Shown here piece by piece: positions 48,475-60,148 of a DNA stretch of 64,000 nt. The notes below the pieces were generated by a model. That model was not told where the DNA came from, did no database searches, and saw only the letters and a list, made by a program, of their open reading frames with translations. The stretch is from NCBI GenBank assembly GCA_013373175.1, contig JABXII010000023.1, forward strand, positions 9,945 through 73,944, given 5' to 3'. The stretch comes from Campylobacteraceae bacterium. Lineage in GTDB: Bacteria > Campylobacterota > Campylobacteria > Campylobacterales > Arcobacteraceae. A program made the translations under genes and the position numbers. Within the stretch, counting starts at the first letter, position 1. Every line of letters begins with the position of its first letter.

Positions 48475-49506
48475 ATGGATGAAAATCAAAAAAAATCACT
48501 TGATTTAGCAATTAAACAAATAGACAAAACATTTGGAAAAGGTACTCTAATTAGACTTGGAGATAAAGAAGTGGTTCCAACTGAAGCTATCTCTACAGGT
48601 TCTTTAGGACTGGATTTAGCATTAGGTGTAGGAGGTCTTCCAAAAGGTAGAGTTATAGAGATTTATGGACCTGAAAGTTCTGGTAAAACAACTCTTACTC
48701 TTCATGCAATTGCAGAGTGCCAAAAAGCAGGTGGAGTATGTGCTTTTATTGATGCAGAGCACGCTTTAGATACTATTTATGCAAGAAATCTTGGGGTTGA
48801 TATTGATAACTTACTTGTTTCTCAACCTGATTATGGTGAGCAAGCACTTGAAATTTTAGAAACAGTTATTAGATCTGGAGCTGTTGATTTAGTAGTAGTT
48901 GACTCTGTTGCTGCTCTTACTCCAAAAGTAGAGATTGATGGAGATATGGATGACCAACAAGTTGGTGTTCAAGCAAGACTTATGTCTAAAGCTTTAAGAA
49001 AAATCACTGGACTACTTAATAAAATGTCTTGTACAGTAATCTTTATTAACCAAATTAGAATGAAAATTGGTATGACAGGTTACGGAAGTCCAGAAACTAC
49101 AACAGGTGGAAATGCACTTAAATTTTACTCTTCTGTTAGACTTGATATTAGAAGAATTGCTACACTTAAACAAGCAGAAAACTCTATTGGAAACAGAGTA
49201 AAAGTTAAAGTTGTTAAAAATAAAGTTGCGCCTCCATTCAAACAAGCAGAATTTGATATTATGTTTGGAGAAGGTATCTCAAAAACAGGTGAACTTATTG
49301 ACTATGGTGTTAAACTTGATATTGTTGATAAAGCAGGAGCATGGTTCTCTTATGACAATACAAAAATTGGTCAAGGTAAAGAAAACTCAAAAGTATTCTT
49401 AAAAGACAACCCAGAAATCGCAGATGAGATAGAAGGGAAAATTCTTACAGCAATGGGTGTAAGTGATGAAATTATTCAAGGTGAACCAGAGCCAGAAGAA
49501 GATTAA
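48475..49506 (+). CDS. recA: Recombinase RecA
   Basis: [52 protein letters not shown] 48475 (AGGA SD) preferred over 48424, which coincides with a TGcTAAAAT promoter box. Confidence 0.99.
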   Translation: MDENQKKSLDLAIKQIDKTFGKGTLIRLGDKEVVPTEAISTGSLGLDLALGVGGLPKGRVIEIYGPESSGKTTLTLHAIAECQKAGGVCAFIDAEHALDTIYARNLGVDIDNLLVSQPDYGEQALEILETVIRSGAVDLVVVDSVAALTPKVEIDGDMDDQQVGVQARLMSKALRKITGLLNKMSCTVIFINQIRMKIGMTGYGSPETTTGGNALKFYSSVRLDIRRIATLKQAENSIGNRVKVKVVKNKVAPPFKQAEFDIMFGEGISKTGELIDYGVKLDIVDKAGAWFSYDNTKIGQGKENSKVFLKDNPEIADEIEGKILTAMGVSDEIIQGEPEPEED

Positions 49507-49514
49507 TCTATATA

Positions 49515-49540
49515 TGTACTTCAAAACTTTTTGAAGTACA
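49515..49540. terminator. Palindromic hairpin after recA
   Basis: TGTACTTCAAAA-CT-TTTTGAAGTACA. No long U tail. Confidence 0.55.
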
Positions 49541-49658
49541 TCCCCCTACTTTACTATAACCTTTAAAAATACATTTTTTTATCATTTTTATTTACCAAAG
49601 CAACTCAAAATAAATTTTTTTGTATAATATTTAGATTTAATGAATTTAGGAGACCTAA

Positions 49659-50936
<1,278 letters not shown>

Positions 50937-50939
50937 TTC

Positions 50940-51182
50940 ATGAGAGAAAACCTTCATGAGCTAAAAAAGTTTTCGCTAATAGCAATAGGTTCTATTGCTA
51001 TTACGATGCTTCTTAGCTATCATGTTGCAAATATTCTTTTTGGAGATAACTCTTTAGAAGTTTATACTTCTTTAAAAAATAAAAAAGAGTATCTTCAAAG
51101 CGAAATTAAAAGATTACAGCTTGAAAATGCTCATTTGCAAAAAGAGTATTTTGAACTAAAAAATTTGGAGCCGGAAGAATGA
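50940..51182 (+). CDS. ftsB: Septum formation initiator FtsB/DivIC-like
   Basis: One TM followed by a leucine-zipper coiled coil. Located directly after eno, the conserved position. Confidence 0.75.
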   Translation: MRENLHELKKFSLIAIGSIAITMLLSYHVANILFGDNSLEVYTSLKNKKEYLQSEIKRLQLENAHLQKEYFELKNLEPEE

Positions 51183-51880
51183 AAACTTTATTTACACTGT
51201 TACTACTTTTACCCCTATCAATATTTGCTAGGGAAAATCCTTTTCAACCAACTAATGCTTATGAAGAAGAACAAGCAAGAATGATTGAACTAAACGAGAT
51301 GGATGAAAATTATGCAATTGAATTCCAAGCAGAACAACATTATATAAATGAAGTATATGAGAAAATGAACAATCCTGCTGAAGAAAAAAAAGCAGAGAAA
51401 AAAGAGCCAAAAAAACCAGCACTTACAAAAGAAGAAGTTAAAAAGCTAATTGAAAAAGCTAAAAAAGAGACAGAAAAAAAGACAAAAGAGATTGTTAAAA
51501 AAGCTGTTGATGAAAAGCCAAAAGAAATAGAGCAAGTTGTTTATGTAAAACCTAGACTTGACGTTACTTATGAAAAAGAGATTCTTCCATTTGTAAAAGT
51601 TGAGTATGACAATGACAAGATTGATATTCACTCAGATTATAAAGTTTCAAAAAAATTAACTCTACCAGGGAAAAAGAAAATTATCTTAGACTATACTGCT
51701 AATAAAAACTTCTATACTGTAAGAGAAAAATTAGAGTCAACTAACTTCTTAAAAGTAGCAGTAGGAAATCACAAAAAAGATGGTTACTTTAGAATTGTTG
51801 TTGAATTAGCACAATTACCAGAAAACTACGAAGTATCATATAATGATAATAGAGTTACTATCGTTAGACTTTATGAATAA
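51179..51880 (+). CDS. AMIN-domain-containing periplasmic protein
   Basis: Signal peptide then RENPF. C-terminal KIILD...VAVGNH...YFRIVVEL AMIN-like domain. Confidence 0.8.
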   Translation: MKTLFTLLLLLPLSIFARENPFQPTNAYEEEQARMIELNEMDENYAIEFQAEQHYINEVYEKMNNPAEEKKAEKKEPKKPALTKEEVKKLIEKAKKETEKKTKEIVKKAVDEKPKEIEQVVYVKPRLDVTYEKEILPFVKVEYDNDKIDIHSDYKVSKKLTLPGKKKIILDYTANKNFYTVREKLESTNFLKVAVGNHKKDGYFRIVVELAQLPENYEVSYNDNRVTIVRLYE

Positions 51881-51882
51881 TA

Positions 51883-51922
51883 ATTTAGAAGATTTTAGAT
51901 GCTTTTCTAAAATCTTCTAAAT
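51883..51922. terminator. 17-bp perfect inverted repeat at the convergence of the eno operon and the neu cassette
   Basis: ATTTAGAAGATTTTAGA-TGCTTT-TCTAAAATCTTCTAAAT. Overlaps the last codons of neuA. Confidence 0.75.
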
Positions 51923-52565
51923 CTTCTATACTATCAATATCTAAACTTTTTTCTAAACTCATTTCATAAGAAATAGTTTTATCTGTAAAAAAACTTTCAT
52001 TTTTTAAAAACTCTTCTACATTTATAATATAAATTGCACCATTACTCATATAAGTTTTAGGTAAATCTTGTCTTCTCATAAAAGGATATTGGTTATTAGA
52101 AATACCTTCAATATATCCAAATTTATTTTCCTTAAAAGCTTTCAGTATCTTATTATCATATTCACAGACACTTATTAAAGCACTAGCTTCTGAAGTAAAT
52201 AGTTTTTCAAAAGCATTATCAATATCGTTAGCATCTCTTAAAGGTGAAGTAGGTTGTAATAAAACTATATAATCAAATTTTTCTTCAATACTTTCTAGGA
52301 GATGCTTAACCACAACTTCACTTGAAGATGTATCTGTCGCAAATTCATCAGGTCTTTTTATTATTTCTGCACCATATTTTATTGCAATTCCTAAAATCTC
52401 CTCACTGTCACTACTTACTATAGTTTTTGAAATATATTTTGAATTAAGACTAGCTTTAATTGTCCATGAAATAAGAGGTATCCCTGCTATATCAATAATA
52501 TTTTTCCTAGGAAGTCCTTTTGACCCTCCTCTTGCAGGAATAATTGCTAATACCTTTTTAGTCAT
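51885..52565 (-). CDS. neuA: Acylneuraminate (CMP-nonulosonate) cytidylyltransferase
   Basis: IIPARGGSKGLPRKN, VSSDS, LLQPTSPLR, RRQDL, NGAIY, DIDS. Confidence 0.93.
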   Translation of the reverse strand: MTKKVLAIIPARGGSKGLPRKNIIDIAGIPLISWTIKASLNSKYISKTIVSSDSEEILGIAIKYGAEIIKRPDEFATDTSSSEVVVKHLLESIEEKFDYIVLLQPTSPLRDANDIDNAFEKLFTSEASALISVCEYDNKILKAFKENKFGYIEGISNNQYPFMRRQDLPKTYMSNGAIYIINVEEFLKNESFFTDKTISYEMSLEKSLDIDSIEDLEDFRKASKIF

Positions 52566-53787
52566 CAAATCCATCTTTGTTTACTGTATGTCTTAGCTTC
52601 CATTCACCATCAACTTCTTTCCAGATGTGTGGACTTCTATGTTTATTAACTGTCTCCCAAAACTCTTCTTCTGTTGAATCAATATATTCTAAAAACTCTT
52701 CAAAGTATTTTGCAGGGAATTCAGTATCATACTTTTTAACTAAATATGCTGCTTCTTCTCTTGTGATTTTACCATTTCTAACTTCTTGTGCAGCATCATA
52801 TGTAGCTCTACCTATTCCAAATTTAATCAAAGTTGTAAAATAATGAAAAGGATCAATTTTATCATCAATACTACTGTATTTAGAATAACTTCCCTCTGTT
52901 CTAACTGTATTAGCTTCAAATCCTGTATTATCTGCTGCATAATAATAGCACTCTTGAGGATCCCACTTTAAATAATATCCTAAATAATGTACTTCCACTC
53001 CTGCATCAATTAGTTCTTGCTTATTAGGAGCAATATATGGAGCAAAGTCATCTTTTGTGTATTTCCCCGTATCTATATACTCTTGCATAGTAACTCCACC
53101 AAACTTCATTTCAAGCGCATTATCATTTGAAAAGAAATCCATATTCATAATTGGATTTGTATTTTCTTCAATTGCATTTCCATATTCTGCTTGATTTTCT
53201 CCATACATTACTAATTGAACACCAAATTTTTTGGCCATAGCAGGACCAATAATTCTCTGTCCTACGATAAAGGGTTGAAAAGGATGTAGTAAATTATGAA
53301 AAGCATTTTTTGTCATTTCTCTATGAAGTTTTCCATTTGGTGTATATAATATATTATCATGTCCACCTACATGCATCCAATTTTGAAAGTTTTTCCAACC
53401 AATATCTGTATAAAGATGAGGCGCCCATGTAACAGTAAGAGGGTTCATACCATACTTATATTTTAAAATATGAGAAGTATATGCACTATCTTTACCCCCA
53501 CTACCTGGAACAATTACATCATATGAACCATCTTTGCTTCTAAATTTAGCAAGTAATTCTCTAAGTTTTTCATCTCTTTCTTCCCAATCAATACCCGTCT
53601 CTTTCTCTTCATGGTAAACACAAGCAGAACAAACATCTTCTTCATTAAAATTAATTACTTTTTTCTTTTCACCCTTATCACTTTTAAACTCAACTGTTGA
53701 ACTAGGTCTTTGATTAGATATTACACATTTTTTACAAAATTTAACTTCATTTGGTAACCCATAATATGCTTCTAACTTTTCAGCCAT
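52558..53787 (-). CDS. N-acetyl sugar amidotransferase (WbuX/PseA/PtmG family)
   Basis: CKKC...C..C N-terminus, PP-loop VPGSGGKDS, MYGEN, YLGYY..WD, SIDD, KFGIGRA. Confidence 0.92.
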   Translation of the reverse strand: MAEKLEAYYGLPNEVKFCKKCVISNQRPSSTVEFKSDKGEKKKVINFNEEDVCSACVYHEEKETGIDWEERDEKLRELLAKFRSKDGSYDVIVPGSGGKDSAYTSHILKYKYGMNPLTVTWAPHLYTDIGWKNFQNWMHVGGHDNILYTPNGKLHREMTKNAFHNLLHPFQPFIVGQRIIGPAMAKKFGVQLVMYGENQAEYGNAIEENTNPIMNMDFFSNDNALEMKFGGVTMQEYIDTGKYTKDDFAPYIAPNKQELIDAGVEVHYLGYYLKWDPQECYYYAADNTGFEANTVRTEGSYSKYSSIDDKIDPFHYFTTLIKFGIGRATYDAAQEVRNGKITREEAAYLVKKYDTEFPAKYFEEFLEYIDSTEEEFWETVNKHRSPHIWKEVDGEWKLRHTVNKDGFDD

Positions 53788-54424
53788 TTTTTCTTTCCTC
53801 ACATAAATCTACAAAATTTTTCATTATTTTTAAGCCAATTTTTCCACTTTTTTCTGGATGGAATTGACATCCATAAATATTATCTTTTTTTACAGAAGAA
53901 CAAAACTTATAATCTGAATATTCAGTAAATGCTAATATATTTTCATCATTTCTAGGTGACACAATAAAACTATGAACAAAATACATATCTGAGTTTTCTT
54001 CTATATCTTTAAGTATTGTATTTTCCCAACTCTTATTTCTTTGTATTTCATTCCAGCTTACATGTGGAAGTTTTTCACTATTTGAGCTTTGTATAGGTAG
54101 TTTTATTACTTTACCCTCTATTAATCCCAATCCTTTATTGAGTCCAAACTCTTCACTCTCTTCCATAAGCATTTGCATTCCCAAACATATACCCATAAAA
54201 GGCTTTTTAGTTTCTACAAAATCATTGATAGTCTCAATTAACTCATACTTCTTAAGATTTTTCATGCCATGGGCAAAAGCCCCTACTCCAGGAAGAATTA
54301 CGCCATCAGAACTTAATATAACTTGCCTATCATTAGTTAAAATAGGTTCTATACCTATTTTTATAAAAGCATTAATAATACTTTTAACATTTCCAATGTC
54401 ATAATCAATTATTGAAATTTTCAT
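53780..54424 (-). CDS. HisH-like glutamine amidotransferase (glycan-locus paralog, WbuY-like)
   Basis: IIDYDIGNVKS, LPGVGAF, GICLGMQ, YFVHS, QFHPEKS. Confidence 0.92.
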   Translation of the reverse strand: MKISIIDYDIGNVKSIINAFIKIGIEPILTNDRQVILSSDGVILPGVGAFAHGMKNLKKYELIETINDFVETKKPFMGICLGMQMLMEESEEFGLNKGLGLIEGKVIKLPIQSSNSEKLPHVSWNEIQRNKSWENTILKDIEENSDMYFVHSFIVSPRNDENILAFTEYSDYKFCSSVKKDNIYGCQFHPEKSGKIGLKIMKNFVDLCEERKNG

Positions 54425-55179
54425 ATTCTAACCTTGATATCTTTCTCGATGATAGAATTTTTAATACTCTTAATATCTTCAATATTATAATGTATTGTAG
54501 AAGCTGTTGCAATTGCATCAATATTTGCTTTTGTAAATAAATTTATTGCATCTTTACTATTTCCCATTCCACCACTTGCAATTATAGGAATAGAAACTAC
54601 ACTTTCTACTTCTTTATAAAGTTCTGTTTCAAAACCTTTTTTTGTTCCCTCTTTATCTAAAGAAGTTAACATTATTTCTCCAGCTCCTAACTCTTCTAAT
54701 TTTTGAACCCACGTTATAACATCAACTCCTGTTGGTTCCCTTCCATTTTCAATATAAGCTTCCCATTTATTATCTGATATTTTTTTTGCAACAACTGAAG
54801 CTACAATGCACTGAGAACCAAAAATTTCTGATGCTTCTTTTATAAAATTAGGGTTTTCTATTGCTTTTGTATTTATTGCAACTTTATCAGCACCTGAATT
54901 TAGTGCTTTTTTTATATCATCAATTGTTCTTATTCCACCACCAACCGTAATTGGAACAAAAACTTCTTCACAAGCTTTTTCAATAATATGACTTAAACTA
55001 TTTCGATCATAATATGCAGCAACTGCATCCATAAAAACTATTTCATCTATTCCTTCATCATAGTACTTTTTTGCTAAAATATTTGGGTCTCCTACTTTAC
55101 GAAGTCCTTCTAAATGGATACCTTTAATTACATATTCATTCTTTATATCTAATCTAGCAATTATTCGTTTTTTAATCAT
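54421..55179 (-). CDS. HisF-like cyclase (glycan-locus paralog, WbuZ/HisF2-like)
   Basis: RIIARLDIK...VIKG, VPITVGGGIR, GADKVAINT, GAGEIML, PIIASGG. Confidence 0.92.
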   Translation of the reverse strand: MIKKRIIARLDIKNEYVIKGIHLEGLRKVGDPNILAKKYYDEGIDEIVFMDAVAAYYDRNSLSHIIEKACEEVFVPITVGGGIRTIDDIKKALNSGADKVAINTKAIENPNFIKEASEIFGSQCIVASVVAKKISDNKWEAYIENGREPTGVDVITWVQKLEELGAGEIMLTSLDKEGTKKGFETELYKEVESVVSIPIIASGGMGNSKDAINLFTKANIDAIATASTIHYNIEDIKSIKNSIIEKDIKVRI

Positions 55180-56302
55180 TTACAAAATCCTGGAATTGTT
55201 TTTGATGTTCTACTTCCCACAGTTTATTATTTGATAAAAGTTCAAGAAATTGTTTATCACTATTTCCTTCTCCAAATAAGTTATTATCTGTTTCTTCTAC
55301 TTTATATTCTTTCATCAATTTTATTGCATGTAAAATTTCTGTTTTTTCATAACTAGTATGAATAATAGATTTTAATTTTGCTCTATTTAACTGTCTTGTA
55401 CCTATATCAATTGTTGGTATATTATAAAAAGGAGCTTCTCTAATTCCAGCACTAGAGTTTCCTATTATAAAATCACTTTGTTCTAATAATCGTAAAAAAA
55501 ACTCAAACCTAAGGGAAGGAAAGATTTTGATTTTCTTAGAATTAATTTTATTATATTCATTTAAAATCTCATTGGAACCTATATCATTATTTGGGTACAC
55601 TAATATATAATTTTTACCACTTTCTATTATAGCGTCTACAAAGTTTTTAGAATATTCTATAATATTGTCATATTCAGTAGTTATAGGATGAAACATCCCT
55701 ATTGCATAGTTTTTAAAGTCAATTTCATAGTAATCTTTGACAAATTCTATAGAAGGAAGTCTTGAAGGTTTCATTAAGTCTAAATCAGGCGAACCTATTA
55801 CATGTACTGAATTAGAAAACTCTCCTAATTGTATAAGTCTTTTTTTTGCTTCTTCATTTGCTACTAAATGAATGTGAGAAAGTTTACTTGTTGCATGTCG
55901 AATAGATTCATCGATTGTTCCCGAAATTTCTCCTCCTTCAATATGTGCAACTAATATATTATTTAAACTTCCAACAATAGCTCCTGCTAAAGCTTCTACT
56001 CTATCTCCATGAATAACAATAAGGTCAGGTTTATATTCTGCAACAAACATTGAAAAACCATTTATAGTTCGAGCAAGAGTTCTATCCATATGTTCTACTG
56101 TATCATGATTAATATATTGAAATATATTCTTAAAGCCTGATTTATATATTTCATCCACTGTATAACCATATTTAGTATTTAAATGCATTCCCGTTGCAAA
56201 AATACTAATGTCAAATAATTCTGAATCTTGAGTTATTTTAATCAATGATTTTAGCTTTCCAAAATCAGCACGAGTTCCACTTAAAAAAACTATTTTTTTC
56301 AT
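55172..56302 (-). CDS. neuC: UDP-N-acetylglucosamine 2-epimerase (hydrolysing)
   Basis: SGTRADFGK, TGMHL, HGDRVE, HIEGGE, DESIRHA, GNSSAG, GTRQ. Confidence 0.95.
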   Translation of the reverse strand: MKKIVFLSGTRADFGKLKSLIKITQDSELFDISIFATGMHLNTKYGYTVDEIYKSGFKNIFQYINHDTVEHMDRTLARTINGFSMFVAEYKPDLIVIHGDRVEALAGAIVGSLNNILVAHIEGGEISGTIDESIRHATSKLSHIHLVANEEAKKRLIQLGEFSNSVHVIGSPDLDLMKPSRLPSIEFVKDYYEIDFKNYAIGMFHPITTEYDNIIEYSKNFVDAIIESGKNYILVYPNNDIGSNEILNEYNKINSKKIKIFPSLRFEFFLRLLEQSDFIIGNSSAGIREAPFYNIPTIDIGTRQLNRAKLKSIIHTSYEKTEILHAIKLMKEYKVEETDNNLFGEGNSDKQFLELLSNNKLWEVEHQKQFQDFVND

Positions 56303-56982
56303 TTTATTATAAATGCAATATTATGAGAATAATCTAACTTTTGAATAATTACTCTATCTTCAAAAAAATCATCTATTGCCTTATTAGCTCCTGCAAAATC
56401 TCCATAATCATCAAATATAATTATTCCACCCTTTACAACATGAGAAAATAACAACTCTAAAGATAATTTTGTAGCTTCATATAAATCAACATCTATGTGT
56501 AGTAAAGAGATTTTCAGTTGAGGGTTTTTTTTCAAGTACTCTGGTAAAGTTTGTAAAATATCACCTTTTATAAGTTCTACATTTTTATTTAGTTTCTGTT
56601 TTTCCAAGAGGTCATTTAATTCTTCTAAAGATATACCTCTTCCCCCATCAGTCTCTTTAATAAATAATTCCCTTTCTTTCTTATCCTCTTCAAATTCAGT
56701 TACAGGGAAATCACCAAATACATCAAAAGCAATAATTTTTCTACTATAAGTATTTTCTAGTAATTCTCTAAATTTTATCCATCTAAAAAGAGAATTTCCT
56801 TTAAAGACACCTAGTTCTACTATCTCACCACGTATACAAGTTGTTCTTTTAAAAAACTCTAAATGAGTCAATATTTTACTTAATCTTCGTGGTTCTGCAG
56901 TTGCATAAAAACCATTTTCATATTCAAAATTTTTTTCTAAATCATATAACATTTTTTCTCTTTCAAATTTCAATATTTTCAT
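56299..56982 (-). CDS. TylF/MycF-family methyltransferase
   Basis: GEIVELGVFKG, FDVF, LLHIDVDLYE, GGIIIFDDY. Confidence 0.88.
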   Translation of the reverse strand: MKILKFEREKMLYDLEKNFEYENGFYATAEPRRLSKILTHLEFFKRTTCIRGEIVELGVFKGNSLFRWIKFRELLENTYSRKIIAFDVFGDFPVTEFEEDKKERELFIKETDGGRGISLEELNDLLEKQKLNKNVELIKGDILQTLPEYLKKNPQLKISLLHIDVDLYEATKLSLELLFSHVVKGGIIIFDDYGDFAGANKAIDDFFEDRVIIQKLDYSHNIAFIIK

Positions 56983-56990
56983 CTTCAATT

Positions 56991-58028
56991 TTAATTAATA
57001 TCTTCCCAACTTAAATGAGTATCACTTAAAATACTTTTTGAAGCTTTTTTACCAATTATATCATTGTAGTACTCTGCTTTAATAGGACCAGTACCAGGCC
57101 TTTTTACCCAAAGATTGTCTTTCGTGAACTCTTCACCTTTTTGAATGTCTTTAATTGTTACAACTGTTGCAAAAGCAAAATCTATTGTAACTTGTTCTTC
57201 TGCTGCTGGTTCTTTTACTCCACCTCTCATTAGTGATATTTCTTTACTACCAATAATAAGTTCTTTTAATGCAATTGGATCCATTGAATTAATAATATCA
57301 GGACCTGTTCTTTCCATTTTATCTGTAAAATGTCTTTCTAAAATACATGCTCCTAGTGCTGTTGCAGCAAAACAAGCTCTATTTGAAGTAGTGTGGTCAG
57401 ATAAGCCTACAATAGCATTAGGAAACTCTTTTTGGAGTTCTTGCATTGCACCAAGTCTAACAAGATGTACAGGAGTAGGATAAAGATTTGTTGTATGAAG
57501 TAAAGCATAAGATACATTTTTTCTTTCTAGTATGTCAACTGTTTTTTTTACTTGTCTAATATCATTCATTCCTGTACTTACAATCATTGGTTTACCAAAA
57601 GATGCAATATGCTCTATGAGTGGATAATTATTACACTCCCCAGAACCAATTTTATATGCGCTTACACCTATTCTTTCAAGTCTATCTGCTGCTGCTCTTG
57701 AAAAAGGAGTACTAATAAAAATCATTCCTTTTGACTCAATATAGTCTTTTAACTTTTTTTCGTCTTCTTCACTTAATGCACATCTTTCCATTATTTCATA
57801 AATAGACTCAGATGCATTTCCTGGAACAACATTTTTAGCTTCTTTACTCATTTCATCTTCCACTACATGTGTTTGATGTTTTATAACTTCTGCTCCAGCT
57901 TTCCAAGCTTCATCAACCATCTCAAGAGCTGTTTCTAAAGACCCTTCATGATTAATACCAATTTCTACTATTACTAAAGGAGGTTTTTCTAAACTTATTT
58001 CTCTGTTTTCTATAATTAACTTTTTCAT
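56991..58028 (-). CDS. neuB: N-acetylneuraminate synthase (Neu5Ac-type NeuB/SiaC)
   Basis: [52 protein letters not shown]-terminal SAF domain (WVKRPG). Confidence 0.95.
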   Translation of the reverse strand: MKKLIIENREISLEKPPLVIVEIGINHEGSLETALEMVDEAWKAGAEVIKHQTHVVEDEMSKEAKNVVPGNASESIYEIMERCALSEEDEKKLKDYIESKGMIFISTPFSRAAADRLERIGVSAYKIGSGECNNYPLIEHIASFGKPMIVSTGMNDIRQVKKTVDILERKNVSYALLHTTNLYPTPVHLVRLGAMQELQKEFPNAIVGLSDHTTSNRACFAATALGACILERHFTDKMERTGPDIINSMDPIALKELIIGSKEISLMRGGVKEPAAEEQVTIDFAFATVVTIKDIQKGEEFTKDNLWVKRPGTGPIKAEYYNDIIGKKASKSILSDTHLSWEDIN

Positions 58029-58144
58029 AAGATTTCTTTAAATGATTTATTCTTTTAGTATAGCTATTTTTTTATTATTTTTTAATGATTTTATTTTAAT
58101 TATAAACTTGCTATTATGATTATACAAATTAAAGTGGATAAAGA

Positions 58145-60145
58145 ATGAATGATATAACAAATAAAGTACTTAAAACATACAATAATAATTTAGAATTTCT
58201 CAAACAGAAAGACTCAGAATTATATAATAAAGTAATTCTTTTAGAGCAAGCTATCGAAGAAAATTTATATAAAGAAAATTTTTTTTTAGAATTTAAAGAT
58301 GATAAATACTTTGATATTTTTGCAGATAATTCACAAAGTTTTATTTATAACCAAGACACTTACTTGTATGGAGAAAAAGAAGCAAAAAAAGTCAATTATT
58401 TGCCAAGTGAAAACTCATTTAAAACTTTTTATGACTTTTCTAATATACCAAATAATTTATTAACTTCATATAGTTTAATGGATGTTAATGGACATCACTT
58501 TTCATGCATTGCATCCATTCTTTCTTATATTAATACAAATACTCCTAAAAAACAAACACTACAAAAAATTAATAAGTTTTTATTTTTAGGTGTAGGATTA
58601 GGTACTCATATCCAACCTATTCACAATAAAATAAAAGCAAACACATATTTTATTGCTGAAGAAAATCTTGAGATATTTAGACTTTCTTTATTTACCACTA
58701 ATTATTATGAGATAGCAAAAGATTCAGCTATTAAATTTTCTATTTCAGATACAGAGGAAGTATTCAAAAAAAAATTTAATGATTATTTCAATTATGGATT
58801 TGTTTTTAATCACTTTTTAAAATTTAATTTATTTTCAAAAAATGCTGAAAAATTTGTTACTCTTATTCAATCTTGTCTTACAGAACAAGACCATTATTTA
58901 TTTCCATATCATAGGCCATATACCACTATTGAAAGATTATTTAATAGAAAAAAAGAAAATATTTTGGATGTGAGTAAATTACATGAATCTTTTAAAAATA
59001 CAGATAAACCTATTTTAATATTAGCTTCTGGTCCCTCTTCTAAGTACAACGAGGAGTGGTTAAAAGAAAACCAAGATAAGTTTATAATTGTTGCTATTTT
59101 TGCATCTTTGAGTTTTTGTGAAAAGAATAGTATTAAACCAGATATTATAATACAAATAGATGAATATGAAATTGCTACAGAGATAATCTTAAAGAAGGTA
59201 AAATCAAAAAAGTTATTTGAAGATTCAATTTTTGTATTAGGTTCTGCTGTTCATCAAAATATCGAAGAAGAATTCCAAAAAAATAAAAAATTTTTCGTTC
59301 AAATGAATCGAATTAATATGCATGAATCTTTAGGAAGAATTTCTGCTACAAGTGTAGGAGAATTTACTTATTGTTTATTGTTAAAATTAGGATTTAAAGA
59401 AATTTATCTATTAGGACTTGATTTAGCATTAGATCCAACTACTAATAAATCTCATGCTGATGACCACCATGCAAATAAAGAACTTAATAATAATGATGAA
59501 ATAGAAGAAGTATTTAGTATTACAAATAGTACTTTTAAAATAAAAGGTAATTTTCAAAAAGAAGTTTATACAACAACACTTTTTTATACTTCTATTAAAC
59601 TTTTTAATCAAATGAGTAGAGTACTTAAAGAAGATTGGCAAAATGTTTACAATTTAAATAATGGAGCATTCCTAGAAGGTGCACAACCGAAAAGAGTTGA
59701 AGAAATTGATATGTTAAACTTTAAAAATCTTGATAAACTCAGTTTAAATCAGGATTTATTTTCATCTCTTAACTCAATAAGTAAAAATATCATTAGTGAA
59801 AGCGATTTAGAGATATTAAATATTAAACTTAATAATGCATATAAAGTTAAAAAAGTTATTGATAACTTCGCAGAAATAAAAAGTTATAGTAATAGTAGTA
59901 TATATATGAAAAAAATACTAGAATTGATTTCAACAATTGTGAAACATAAGGATATAGATAATCTATCTGATATTTTATATAACTATTTCCAATTTATCAT
60001 TCATTATATTGTTTATTTTTTCCATTTAAAAGAAGTTGACAATCATAAAAAACATATAAAAAAGATTAACAAACTACTTATAAAAGAATTATATAGATTA
60101 GTAGATAAATATATTGAACATTATGAAGAATTACTAAAAAAGTAA
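58145..60145 (+). CDS. maf: Motility-associated factor (Maf) flagellin glycosyltransferase
   Basis: FLGVGLGTHI, EENLEIFRLSL, ILASGPS, KPDIIIQID, SVGEF, LLGLDLA, VYNLNNGA (Maf/DUF115 architecture). Confidence 0.88.
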   Translation: MNDITNKVLKTYNNNLEFLKQKDSELYNKVILLEQAIEENLYKENFFLEFKDDKYFDIFADNSQSFIYNQDTYLYGEKEAKKVNYLPSENSFKTFYDFSNIPNNLLTSYSLMDVNGHHFSCIASILSYINTNTPKKQTLQKINKFLFLGVGLGTHIQPIHNKIKANTYFIAEENLEIFRLSLFTTNYYEIAKDSAIKFSISDTEEVFKKKFNDYFNYGFVFNHFLKFNLFSKNAEKFVTLIQSCLTEQDHYLFPYHRPYTTIERLFNRKKENILDVSKLHESFKNTDKPILILASGPSSKYNEEWLKENQDKFIIVAIFASLSFCEKNSIKPDIIIQIDEYEIATEIILKKVKSKKLFEDSIFVLGSAVHQNIEEEFQKNKKFFVQMNRINMHESLGRISATSVGEFTYCLLLKLGFKEIYLLGLDLALDPTTNKSHADDHHANKELNNNDEIEEVFSITNSTFKIKGNFQKEVYTTTLFYTSIKLFNQMSRVLKEDWQNVYNLNNGAFLEGAQPKRVEEIDMLNFKNLDKLSLNQDLFSSLNSISKNIISESDLEILNIKLNNAYKVKKVIDNFAEIKSYSNSSIYMKKILELISTIVKHKDIDNLSDILYNYFQFIIHYIVYFFHLKEVDNHKKHIKKINKLLIKELYRLVDKYIEHYEELLKK

Positions 60146-60148
60146 GAA

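Noticed and set aside
53780-55179. hisH/hisF as histidine biosynthesis genes
   Set aside because: No other his genes are nearby, and they are coupled to a WbuX-family gene inside a nonulosonate operon, so they are glycan-modification paralogs.
51885-60145. Phase-variable poly-G/C tracts in glycosylation genes
   Set aside because: No G or C run of 7 or more was seen. A/T runs are background in this genome.
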